Assembly (NCBI GenBank): GCA_002498125.1
Contig: DAGG01000027.1
Coordinates: 35,862-99,861, forward strand
Length of the DNA stretch: 64,000 nt
Source: Candidatus Woesearchaeota archaeon UBA525
GTDB taxonomy: Archaea; Nanobdellota; Nanobdellia; Woesearchaeales; UBA525
Reading direction: 5' to 3'
This document shows positions 20,142-28,784 of this stretch, one piece after another; positions within the stretch are counted from its first letter, which is position 1, and the number at the start of each line of letters is the position of its first letter. The translations under genes and the position numbers were made by a program. The notes below the pieces were generated by a model. That model saw only the letters and a program-made list of their open reading frames with translations. It was not told where the DNA came from and searched no databases.

Positions 20142-20275
20142 TGATGGACTGCTGCAAGCCAAAAGAGACGATGCCAGGACTGAAAGAGGAACCGAAGGAG
20201 AACGGCAGCAAGGTGCTCATCGCGGCGTTCCTCATCCTCGTGCTCATCGGAGGGCTGCTGCTCGTCTTCCTCTAA
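20141..20275 (+). CDS. 44-aa protein MMDCCKPKE... with C-terminal TM helix
   Basis: Manual translation; start overlaps the upstream stop (TGATG); not in the ORF track. Confidence 0.35.
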   Translation: MMDCCKPKETMPGLKEEPKENGSKVLIAAFLILVLIGGLLLVFL

Positions 20276-20329
20276 CGCGAGGACATTGGAGCACTGAATA
20301 GATATTCAATCAATAGTGGGAGGGATAAC

Positions 20330-20521
20330 ATGAAGAGAATCGTTTTCGCAATGCTGCTCATCGGCGTGCTCTTGCTCGCTGGGTGCGCACAGAATGATGG
20401 ACAGCGCAGCAGTGACACATACGCACCGTACCAGAACTCGGTCGGAGGCGGCTGCGGAGTGGCAGCACCTGCGGAGCCAGTAGAAGCAATCACGAGCATC
20501 GCAGAAGTGCCTGCAGCATAG
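20330..20521 (+). CDS. small lipoprotein
   Basis: Lipobox LLLAGC; 63 aa. Confidence 0.4.
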   Translation: MKRIVFAMLLIGVLLLAGCAQNDGQRSSDTYAPYQNSVGGGCGVAAPAEPVEAITSIAEVPAA

Positions 20522-20529
20522 GTGAACTA

Positions 20530-21003
20530 ATGTCAAGGAAAGACCGAAAGCGCAGGCAGGAAGAGGAGCGGCAGCGGCTCGCGGAGTCCAACGCACAGGT
20601 GCAGGAGCGCATCGTGAAGAGTGCGACTGAGCAAGCGAATGCGAGCAGGCGATGGAAGTGGATTGCCGCAGGCGGTGGAACGCTCATCATCATCCTGACA
20701 GTCGTCTTCGTAGTCAACGCCAGGGTGGCTGCGCAGCAGCCAGGCATGTACGACTCGTTCGCACAATGCCTCACAGAGAAGGGCGTGGTCGTCTACGGCG
20801 CCCTGGCCACCTGCAAGTACACTCAGGCGCAGGCAAACATGTTCGGGAACTCCTTCAAGTACCTCGACTACCGCGATTACCGCGAGTACGAGGGGCTGCC
20901 GAGGATTACCATCACGCCCACATGGCTCATCGATGATCAACGTTACGAGCGTGTGCAGTCCTTCGAGCGACTCTCTGCACTCACAGGATGTCCTGTAAGG
21001 TAG
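20530..21003 (+). CDS. membrane-anchored thioredoxin-fold-like protein
   Basis: TM anchor; VVVYGALATCKY and ITITPTWLIDD resemble the glutaredoxin/thioredoxin core (single Cys). Confidence 0.35.
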   Translation: MSRKDRKRRQEEERQRLAESNAQVQERIVKSATEQANASRRWKWIAAGGGTLIIILTVVFVVNARVAAQQPGMYDSFAQCLTEKGVVVYGALATCKYTQAQANMFGNSFKYLDYRDYREYEGLPRITITPTWLIDDQRYERVQSFERLSALTGCPVR

Positions 21004-21041
21004 AGAGATGGTGAACAGGTGCGATAAGATATGGTGAAAGC

Positions 21042-21815
21042 ATGTTGCCTTATGTGACTATACCATCGTGGAGCATCGGCCCGCTGCACATGAACCTGTA
21101 CGGCGTGATGTTCGCCAGCGGCGTGTTCGTCGCCGCGCTCCTTGCCGAACGTGAGGCGAAACGGCAAGGCTTCAGTGCCGAGATGGTGCAACAGCTGGTG
21201 CTCTGGATGATGCTCGGCATAGTCGTCGGCGCACGGCTATTCTATGTTCTGTTCTACTGGCCCGAGGATCTCCCACGCACGCTCATAGGCACCATCGCAG
21301 TCTGGAAGGGAGGTCTTGCTTTCCTGGGGGGCTTCCTCGGAGCGGTCAGCGCGGGGTATCTGTTCACAAGAGCGAAGAAGCTGCCGTTCTGGCGGCTCGC
21401 AGACATATTCACCATACCTCTCGTGATAGGACACATCATCGGCAGGATAGGTGACTACCTTACAGGAGCGCATCCTGGCGCGATCACAGATCTCCCCTGG
21501 GGCATCCCATTGCATGGAGCGATACGCCACCCGGTGGTCCTCTACGAGATACTCGGGCTTGTCATCATCGTGGCAGCGCTGTTGGTCCTGCGCAAGCGGC
21601 TGCGGGGCGATGGTATGCTATTCACGGCATATGTGACACTCTATGCGCTTCAGCGGCTCATCCTCGATGTGTTCAGAATCCCTGCAACCGATCCCCGCTA
21701 TCTAGGCATGACGCCTACGCAGATGGGCCTGGTCGTAATAGCTGCATTACTCATCATATACCAGTACAGAGGGCGCCGCAAGCAAAGTGCCGGATTCCGC
21801 AAGCGAACAGCATAA
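21042..21815 (+). CDS. lgt: prolipoprotein diacylglyceryl transferase
   Basis: SIGP...YG, GARLFYVLFY, WKGGLAFLGG and GRIGDY signature blocks collinear with E. coli Lgt. Confidence 0.8.
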   Translation: MLPYVTIPSWSIGPLHMNLYGVMFASGVFVAALLAEREAKRQGFSAEMVQQLVLWMMLGIVVGARLFYVLFYWPEDLPRTLIGTIAVWKGGLAFLGGFLGAVSAGYLFTRAKKLPFWRLADIFTIPLVIGHIIGRIGDYLTGAHPGAITDLPWGIPLHGAIRHPVVLYEILGLVIIVAALLVLRKRLRGDGMLFTAYVTLYALQRLILDVFRIPATDPRYLGMTPTQMGLVVIAALLIIYQYRGRRKQSAGFRKRTA

Positions 21816-21840
21816 GAGAAGCATCCTGCTGAAGGAAACA

Positions 21841-21873
21841 TTTATATACATCATATGATTTTATCTTCATATG
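21841..21873 (+). promoter_or_regulatory. TATA box (TTTATATA) plus CATATGA-n8-TCATATG inverted repeat overlapping the arsR start codon
   Basis: A/T box ~25 nt upstream of ATG 21871 (leaderless arrangement); perfect 7-bp IR at 21852-21858 / 21867-21873. Confidence 0.35.
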
Positions 21874-22191
21874 AAATCTTGTTCATGTATGGGGGGATGC
21901 AAGTGCACAAACTGCAGCTGCAAGAGCTACTCGGCAGTTTTTGAGGCACTCGGAAACCAGAACCGACTGCACATCATCAACGCGCTCCGCAAGGAACCGC
22001 ATAACGTCAGCGAGATCATCGCCAAAACAGGCCTCGAGCAGACGTGCGTATCGCACTGCCTGCGCAAGCTCGAGGAAGGCGGCCTCGTTGATGTAGAACG
22101 CCAAGGGAAATTCAGGGTATACACACTCAACAAGAAGACTGTGGAGCCGCTGCTCCAGGCAATAGACCAGCATACGAAGGTGAAGAGATGA
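21871..22191 (+). CDS. ArsR/SmtB-family metalloregulator with N-terminal Cys cluster
   Basis: MKSCSCMGGCKCTNCSC followed by an ArsR HTH (NRLHIINAL...VSEI). Confidence 0.75.
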   Translation: MKSCSCMGGCKCTNCSCKSYSAVFEALGNQNRLHIINALRKEPHNVSEIIAKTGLEQTCVSHCLRKLEEGGLVDVERQGKFRVYTLNKKTVEPLLQAIDQHTKVKR

Positions 22192-22391
22192 AGACGGACA
22201 TCACAATCAAGGGAATGCACTGCCACAGCTGCGAGATGCTGCTCACCGACGTCCTTTCGGACATCGACGGCGTCGATGAAGCCAAGGTCAGTATCAAGGA
22301 AGGGAGAGCAGAGGTCAAGTACGACCCTGCGAAGACCGATGAGGCAAAGATGCGCGCAGCGATAGAGGCTGAAGGTTACACTACGGAGTAA
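22188..22391 (+). CDS. copZ: copper chaperone CopZ (HMA domain)
   Basis: GMHCHSCE (MxCxxC) motif; 67 aa. Confidence 0.8.
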   Translation: MKTDITIKGMHCHSCEMLLTDVLSDIDGVDEAKVSIKEGRAEVKYDPAKTDEAKMRAAIEAEGYTTE

Positions 22392-22393
22392 AA

Positions 22394-23305
22394 ATGGTCA
22401 CTGAACGCATCACCATCCACGGAACGCATTGCAGCTCCTGCGAGAAGACCATCACGAGGACCCTCGCGAAAGAAGGAGTGAAAGTAGAGAGCATCTCGCA
22501 CAAGACTGGCAAGGCCACGATTACCCACGACAGCATACCGCACGATAGGATAGACGCGATGCTACAGAGCAAAGGATACGGCATCGAAAAGTGCCGCGAT
22601 GGCACTTGCACCCCAGATGACATGCATAAGCACCAACCACTCTCGGAGAAGACATTCGATACTGAGCGCCGCATCATCACCAACGGCATCCTCGCGCTCA
22701 TCATTCTCGTCGCTACGCAGATAGGGCTCGTCTACGCGATATACAGCATCATGCCAGGGTACTCGAGCAAGTACATGCTCCCGCTCATCTATATCCCTGT
22801 GGCGGTGGTCACGAATCTCGTGGCGCTCTGGCACCAGCGCGCTTACCGCCGCGAGGTCAGCTGCATGACCGGCATGATGATCGGCATGACCATCGGCATG
22901 ACGAGCGGCTTCGTCATCGGCGGCATCTCGGGACTGATCAACGGCATGTTCACCGGCTCGGTGATCGGCACAGCGATCGGGATAGCGGCAGGAGTCTACG
23001 CTGGCAGGTGCTGCGGCACCATGGGCATGATGGAAGGCATGATGGCAGGGCTCATGAGCGGCACCATGGGTGCCATGCTCACCGTCATGATGATCGGAGA
23101 CCACGTCGAGGCGTTCCTCATCATCCTCATCGCAATTACTATCCTGATCCTCGCGGGACTCATGCGCGTCACAGTAGAGGAGACACGCGGCTCAGAGAAT
23201 GACGTGAAGCCATGGCCGTTATGGGCGGTGGTAGGAGTAGGGTTCATCGCAATGACAGTGATTAGCGCCGCGATAATGCTCGCGCCAAAGAGCATCTACG
23301 GATAA
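22394..23305 (+). CDS. HMA-domain fused to Met/Gly-rich polytopic membrane protein
   Basis: N-terminal GTHCSSCE HMA motif; TM region with MTGMMIGMTIGMTSG...GRCCGTMGMMEGMMAGLMSGTMG. Confidence 0.55.
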   Translation: MVTERITIHGTHCSSCEKTITRTLAKEGVKVESISHKTGKATITHDSIPHDRIDAMLQSKGYGIEKCRDGTCTPDDMHKHQPLSEKTFDTERRIITNGILALIILVATQIGLVYAIYSIMPGYSSKYMLPLIYIPVAVVTNLVALWHQRAYRREVSCMTGMMIGMTIGMTSGFVIGGISGLINGMFTGSVIGTAIGIAAGVYAGRCCGTMGMMEGMMAGLMSGTMGAMLTVMMIGDHVEAFLIILIAITILILAGLMRVTVEETRGSENDVKPWPLWAVVGVGFIAMTVISAAIMLAPKSIYG

Positions 23306-23309
23306 GACG

Positions 23310-25604
23310 ATGGACCATTCAAAGCACCTAGCCAGAGACCACCCTACACCGCCCGCTGAAGACGCTCTCTCTGCAAAGCCGGCAGAACAAAGCAAGGTCA
23401 CGAAACTCAGCATCGAGGGCATGCACTGTGCGAGCTGCGCGAACATCATCACGAGAGGACTGAGCAAGGTGTCTGGCGTCACGTCAGCAAACGTGAACTA
23501 CGGCACGCACAAGGCGACAGTCACGCACGACCCCTCGGTCTCCGATGCGCAGCTCATCGCAGCAGTGAAATCGAAAGGGTACGGCGCGAGCACTATAACG
23601 GGCGACGAGGACCCTGAACTGCAGCAGAAACGCGAGCGCGCGGAGTACGATGCCCTTAAGCACCTATTCATAATCTCAACGATCTTCGCCACGCCTGCGC
23701 TCATCCTCGGCATGCTCTTCATGGAGGACAGTTTCCTCTTCATCGGCTACAGCCTGCCGCACATCGCAATCGTACTCTTCCTGCTCGCGACACCGGTACA
23801 GTTCTACGTCGGCGCCATGTTCTACAAGGGCGCATGGGCCGCACTGCGCAATAGCACAGCGAACATGGATTCGCTCATCGCGCTCGGCACGAGCGCCGCA
23901 TACCTATACAGCGTCTATCTCGTATTCGTCGCAAGGGAGATGACACAGTACTTTGAGATCAGCGCAGTGCTCATCACACTCGTCATCATGGGCAAGCTCC
24001 TCGAGAGCAAGGCCAAGGGGAGGACTTCGGAGGCCATCAAGAAGCTCATGGAACTCTCACCGAAGACCGCGACAGTCCTGCGCGACGGACAGGAGATGGT
24101 CATCGACATCGATGACGTCAAGCCCGGCGACATCGTGCTCGTCAAGCCCGGTGAGCGCGTTCCTGTCGATGGAATGGTCGTCGAAGGGTCGTCATCTGTT
24201 GATGAGAGCATGATCACTGGCGAGAGCATCCCTGTCGAGAAGTTAGAGGGGAGCGAAGTAATCGGCGGCACCATCAACAAGAACGGCAGTCTGAAGTTCA
24301 AGGCGACGAAGGTCGGCGCAAACACGACGCTCGCCAATATCGTTAAACTCATCGAGGACGCGCAAGGCCAGAAGGCACCCATTCAGCGTTTCGCCGACTT
24401 GATCAGCAGCTACTTCGTACCGATAGTGGTCGTCATTGCGCTCTTGACTTTCAGCACATGGTACTGGATGATCGGCCAACCATTCGGCTTCGCGCTCCAG
24501 ACCGCTATCGCTGTGCTCGTCATCGCATGCCCCTGCGCGCTCGGCCTCGCCACCCCCACCGCCATCATGGTCGGGACAGGTAAGGGAGCGCAAAACGGCA
24601 TCCTCATCAAAGGAGGAGAGGCGCTTGAGACTGCGCACAAGGTGCGCGCAATAGTCTTCGACAAGACCGGTACACTCACGGAAGGCAAGCCGCAGGTCAC
24701 TGACATCGTCCCGCTCCACGGCCTCTCGGAGAAACAATTCCTGCACATCGCTGCGAGCATCGAAAAGCACAGTGAGCACCCGCTCGCAGACGCTATCGTG
24801 CGCCATGCGCATGAGCACAAGGTACCGCTCGTCGCAGCGACGCACTTCAAGGCCATCCCTGGTTACGGCATCACCGCAAATGTGGAACACCATACGTTCC
24901 ATTTCGGTAACCTACGCCTGATGCAACAGCAGAACGTGCACATGGATGAGTCGTTGCAGCAGGTCGCGGATCTTGAGAGCGCAGGCAAGACAGTGATGTT
25001 CCTCGCCACAGGCCAAAAACTTGCAGGTATGATCGCTGTTGCCGACACCATCAAGGAGACGACGCCGGCAGCAGTCGCGAAGCTGCGCAAGATGCACGTC
25101 GAGGTCTACATGATCACCGGCGATAATCGCAGGACAGCGGAAGCGATAGCGCGCCAGGCGGGCATCAAGGCAGAGAACGTGTTCGCAGAGGTCCTGCCGC
25201 AGGACAAAGCAGCGCATGTCGCCAAGCTTCAGGAAGGCGGCCGCAAGGTCGCGATGGTCGGCGATGGCATCAACGATGCTCCAGCTCTCGCCAAGGCCGA
25301 CATCGGCATCGCGATGGGCAGCGGCACTGACGTCGCGATGGAGACTGGTAATGTGGTGCTCATGCGTAACGACCTCTCGGACGTACCGCGTGCGCTGCGG
25401 CTCTCGCGGCTCACAATGAGCAAGATCCGCCAAAACATGTTCTGGGCGCTTATCTACAATATTATTGGCATCCCTATCGCTGCAGGACTGCTCTACTACA
25501 GCACCGGCTGGCTGCTCTCGCCGATCCTCGCTGGCGCTGCGATGGCGCTCAGCTCGGTGAGCGTCGTGAGCAACTCGCTGCTGCTGAAGGCAAAGAGACT
25601 ATAG
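23310..25604 (+). CDS. copA: copper-translocating P1B-type ATPase
   Basis: N-terminal HMA (GMHCASC); CPC (IACPCALGLATP); DKTGTLT; GDGINDAP. Confidence 0.9.
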   Translation: MDHSKHLARDHPTPPAEDALSAKPAEQSKVTKLSIEGMHCASCANIITRGLSKVSGVTSANVNYGTHKATVTHDPSVSDAQLIAAVKSKGYGASTITGDEDPELQQKRERAEYDALKHLFIISTIFATPALILGMLFMEDSFLFIGYSLPHIAIVLFLLATPVQFYVGAMFYKGAWAALRNSTANMDSLIALGTSAAYLYSVYLVFVAREMTQYFEISAVLITLVIMGKLLESKAKGRTSEAIKKLMELSPKTATVLRDGQEMVIDIDDVKPGDIVLVKPGERVPVDGMVVEGSSSVDESMITGESIPVEKLEGSEVIGGTINKNGSLKFKATKVGANTTLANIVKLIEDAQGQKAPIQRFADLISSYFVPIVVVIALLTFSTWYWMIGQPFGFALQTAIAVLVIACPCALGLATPTAIMVGTGKGAQNGILIKGGEALETAHKVRAIVFDKTGTLTEGKPQVTDIVPLHGLSEKQFLHIAASIEKHSEHPLADAIVRHAHEHKVPLVAATHFKAIPGYGITANVEHHTFHFGNLRLMQQQNVHMDESLQQVADLESAGKTVMFLATGQKLAGMIAVADTIKETTPAAVAKLRKMHVEVYMITGDNRRTAEAIARQAGIKAENVFAEVLPQDKAAHVAKLQEGGRKVAMVGDGINDAPALAKADIGIAMGSGTDVAMETGNVVLMRNDLSDVPRALRLSRLTMSKIRQNMFWALIYNIIGIPIAAGLLYYSTGWLLSPILAGAAMALSSVSVVSNSLLLKAKRL

Positions 25605-25613
25605 GAGGACAAC

Positions 25614-26057
25614 ATGAAGAACACAGCACTTATCATCGCCGCACTGCTCATGATTATCGGCACCATCGCGTACATAGCGACCGGCGCTTACAAGGCACCG
25701 GAGATGGAGAGCCAAGGTCTTACCTTGTTCCCGGATGGGGAAGGAGAGCGGCTCTTTATCATGACCTCGCCTGAGGGACACATCAAGTTCTTCTACGAGA
25801 GCGCTGTGCCTATCGGCGAGCCGCGCGAAGGGTCTGCAGATGGTTACAGGACGCAGGATATCGATGGAGTAACGTACCAGCCGGTGCTCATCGGTAGCGC
25901 AGAGGCCGCAATGATGCGAGAGGAAAAACTCTTCTCGCAGCCAGGCGACACCATCAGCGGGTTCTTCGGCCAGGACGTCATCGTCGTAGGCGTGCTCGAG
26001 GAGACAGGCACATCGCTTGACATGATGCACGTGGTCCTACCTGGAGTGTTCCGTTGA
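25614..26057 (+). CDS. membrane-anchored hypothetical protein
   Basis: SD ggagg upstream; one TM. Confidence 0.4.
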   Translation: MKNTALIIAALLMIIGTIAYIATGAYKAPEMESQGLTLFPDGEGERLFIMTSPEGHIKFFYESAVPIGEPREGSADGYRTQDIDGVTYQPVLIGSAEAAMMREEKLFSQPGDTISGFFGQDVIVVGVLEETGTSLDMMHVVLPGVFR

Positions 26058-26428
26058 GAGCGCTGGGCGCGGTAATGCTCGCACTGCTACTTACTGCGTG
26101 CGCACAAACGCCCGCTGAGCGGCAGCAGGACCTCTCCCCCGAGCAGTTCAGAGAGTACATCTCGAATGACGGCGTCTTCGTCATCGACGTCCACATCCCT
26201 GAGCAGCAGCACATCCCCGGCACAGATGCTGTGATTCCGTATAACGAGCTGCGCATGCAATCACGGTCGCTGCCAGATGACCGGGATACCTCTATCGCAA
26301 TCTACTGCCGAAGCGGCAGCATGAGCGAGGAAGCGATGCAGACGTTCAAGGAAATGGGCTACACCGACGTCGTCCACCTCGAGGGCGGCCTGAACGCCTG
26401 GCAGGCGGCAGGTTATGAGGTAAAATGA
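26054..26428 (+). CDS. rhodanese-domain sulfurtransferase (lipoprotein)
   Basis: Lipobox LLLTAC; catalytic loop CRSGSMS. Confidence 0.7.
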   Translation: MRALGAVMLALLLTACAQTPAERQQDLSPEQFREYISNDGVFVIDVHIPEQQHIPGTDAVIPYNELRMQSRSLPDDRDTSIAIYCRSGSMSEEAMQTFKEMGYTDVVHLEGGLNAWQAAGYEVK

Positions 26429-26811
26429 TGTACAGCTACACAAAAGAGAGTGGTAAAAGCTTCGCAGATGCAGAAGCAGCAGTACGTGAAGCGCTCAAGG
26501 CGCGTGGATTCGGTGTGATAACTGAGATTGACGCGCAGAGGACGGTGAAGGAGAAGCTCGGTCAGGATATGCTGCCATATAAGATCCTCGGTGCGTGCAA
26601 TCCGCAATTCGCCCATAAGGCCATGACTGCAGAGCCAGGCATCGGCGTTCTGCTGCCGTGCAACGTGCTCATCCGGGAGGACGCCGGCAAGACAGTCATC
26701 TCCTGCATCCTACCGACAGTCCAGCTCGGCAAAGCCGACAACCCGTCACTCCTCTCTATGGCAGAAGATGTGGAGCGTCTCCTCAAGCAAACAGTGGACG
26801 AAGCTTCCTGA
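26425..26811 (+). CDS. DUF302-family protein
   Basis: YKILGACNP motif and size typical of DUF302. Confidence 0.55.
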   Translation: MMYSYTKESGKSFADAEAAVREALKARGFGVITEIDAQRTVKEKLGQDMLPYKILGACNPQFAHKAMTAEPGIGVLLPCNVLIREDAGKTVISCILPTVQLGKADNPSLLSMAEDVERLLKQTVDEAS

Positions 26812-26832
26812 TTTTTTCCTTTTCTCTCAAAG
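26812..26832 (+). terminator. poly-T archaeal-type terminator
   Basis: TTTTTTCCTTTTCTCTC immediately after the stop codon. Confidence 0.35.
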
Positions 26833-26865
26833 ATTCTTTTATATCATCAAGCATGCACTGCTGAT

Positions 26866-27579
26866 GTGAGACCGCACTATCCCGCGTCGCTATTCATCAT
26901 CTATCTTGTGGTCGCCGCATGGTCTGCGATACGCCCGAATTACTACAACGGCTGGGCTGCGGAGATGGTGCTGCCTGTCGCGTTCGTCGTCGTGCTAGTC
27001 GTCACCTACCGGAAGTTCCCGCTCTCACGCATATCCTACACGCTCATCTTCATGTACCTCCTCCTGCACACGATAGGCGCGCACTACACCTACGCGGAAG
27101 TCCCGTTCGGGAACTGGTTGCAGGAGGTCTTCAGCCTTGAACGCAACCCGTACGACCGCATCGTGCACTTCAACTTCGGGCTGCTCCTCGCATATCCTGT
27201 GCGCGAAGTATTCCTTCGCGTCGCGAGCACACGTGGCGCGTGGGGGTACTGGCTACCGCTCGAGCTCACGCTCGCGTTCTCTGCTATCTATGAGATCATC
27301 GAATGGGGTGTGGCGGTGGTGTCGCCCGGCGGAGGGACTGCGTTCCTCGCGACGCAGGGCGATCAGTTCGATGCGCAAAAGGACATGGCCCTCGCAGGAC
27401 TCGGCGCACTCTTCAGCATGGGAGGGGTGATGGCGTACAACATACGCAACGACCCCTGGTTCATGGAGAACCTGCGCAGGAGCCTGACCATCAAGCGGCA
27501 TAGGCCACTCGGAGAGGTCCGCCTGCGCGAGATGGTTTCGGAGATGCGGCGCAGACGTAAGGAGAGGAAGCAGAAGTGA
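26866..27579 (+). CDS. polytopic membrane protein (DUF2238/YjdF-like)
   Basis: 6-7 TM; a weak resemblance to YjdF-type proteins. Confidence 0.4.
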   Translation: MRPHYPASLFIIYLVVAAWSAIRPNYYNGWAAEMVLPVAFVVVLVVTYRKFPLSRISYTLIFMYLLLHTIGAHYTYAEVPFGNWLQEVFSLERNPYDRIVHFNFGLLLAYPVREVFLRVASTRGAWGYWLPLELTLAFSAIYEIIEWGVAVVSPGGGTAFLATQGDQFDAQKDMALAGLGALFSMGGVMAYNIRNDPWFMENLRRSLTIKRHRPLGEVRLREMVSEMRRRRKERKQK

Positions 27580-27629
27580 ATGCAAATGAATGCGAATGAA
27601 TCATTGATGATGCATCAATGGCACCACGA

Positions 27630-28784
27630 TTAGATATTCCTGCACAGCCGCAGCATGTGCTCCTGCTCGTCGACCTCGACGGCCCAGACCTGGACCTTCC
27701 CCTTGGAGAGCTGGACAGGCATCTCCTTCTCGAGCGCCGCTGGGTCGATCTCTATGCCGAACTCCTGCAGATCACGCAGGATACGCTCGCGCATGCGCGG
27801 GGCGCGCGGCATCCCGCCTGAGAGCACGATGCAGTCAACTCCACCTAACACTGCGAGGTACGCACCGAGGTACTTGCGCATGCGGTAGGCGAAGAGGTCA
27901 AGCGCGAATGCTGCAACCTTATCGCCAGCGCGTTCGCGCTGAAGGAGCTTACGCACGTCCGGCTCGCCGGCGATACCCTTGAGACCGCTCTCCTTCTCGA
28001 GCATGTCGAGCACAGCCTCCGGAGTCATGCTGGCGTGATGCGCGAGGTAGATGACCGCCGCAGGGTCGATATCGCCGCTGCGCGTCCCCATGACGAGGCC
28101 TTCGAGCGGCGTGAGTCCCATTGATGTGTCAATGCTGCGGCCGTCCTTGATTGCGCATAGGCTCGCGCCGTTTCCCAACTGACAGGTGATGGCGCGAGAG
28201 AACTTGCGGCCGGCAAGACGCTCTGCCTCAAGCAGCATCGCTTCGTGCGCGAGACCGTGGAATCCATAGCGGTAGATGCCGTGCTTGCGCGCGACATCGA
28301 TTGGTATCGCGTAGGTGCGCGCGACCTCCGGCATCTTGCGGTGGAACATAGTGTCGAAGCAGGCGATATGCTTGGCCTCGGTGCTCTGCATGAACGCCTT
28401 GATGAGCCCGATGCTCGGCGGGAGATGGAGCGGCGAGAGTGGTATGAGTATCTCGAGTTCCTTGAGGATGTGAGGCGTGACGATGACGGGAGCATCGTGG
28501 TACTCGCCGTGCGTCACGCGATGAATGATGCGTGTCGGCCGCACGCTGTCGCAGAGCTTGAGTATGACCTTACCTGCATGGTTGTAAGTCGCGACCTTCT
28601 CATCGCAGGTAATCACTTCGCCGCGATGGCGCGCCTCAATCACCGTTTCGCCGCCTATCGCGTCGATGACTCCGTCAAGGAGGATATCATCGTGGCCTCC
28701 ATGACCGCGTTCGTAAAGGCGGAACTTCACGCTCGAGCTGCCAGCATTCAGGATGAGCGTGGGCTCAATGCCACTTCCAGCCAT
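27630..28784 (-). CDS. ackA: acetate kinase
   Basis: ILNAGSSSVKF N-terminus and YGFHGLAHE motif; start trimmed to the internal MAGSGIEPT Met. Confidence 0.85.
   Translation of the reverse strand: MAGSGIEPTLILNAGSSSVKFRLYERGHGGHDDILLDGVIDAIGGETVIEARHRGEVITCDEKVATYNHAGKVILKLCDSVRPTRIIHRVTHGEYHDAPVIVTPHILKELEILIPLSPLHLPPSIGLIKAFMQSTEAKHIACFDTMFHRKMPEVARTYAIPIDVARKHGIYRYGFHGLAHEAMLLEAERLAGRKFSRAITCQLGNGASLCAIKDGRSIDTSMGLTPLEGLVMGTRSGDIDPAAVIYLAHHASMTPEAVLDMLEKESGLKGIAGEPDVRKLLQRERAGDKVAAFALDLFAYRMRKYLGAYLAVLGGVDCIVLSGGMPRAPRMRERILRDLQEFGIEIDPAALEKEMPVQLSKGKVQVWAVEVDEQEHMLRLCRNI

Noticed and set aside
22562-23104. 180-aa His/Asp/Ala-rich minus-strand ORF that superficially looks metal-binding
   Set aside because: Antisense to the Met-rich HMA membrane protein. 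The His richness is the complement of Met (ATG/CAT) codons.
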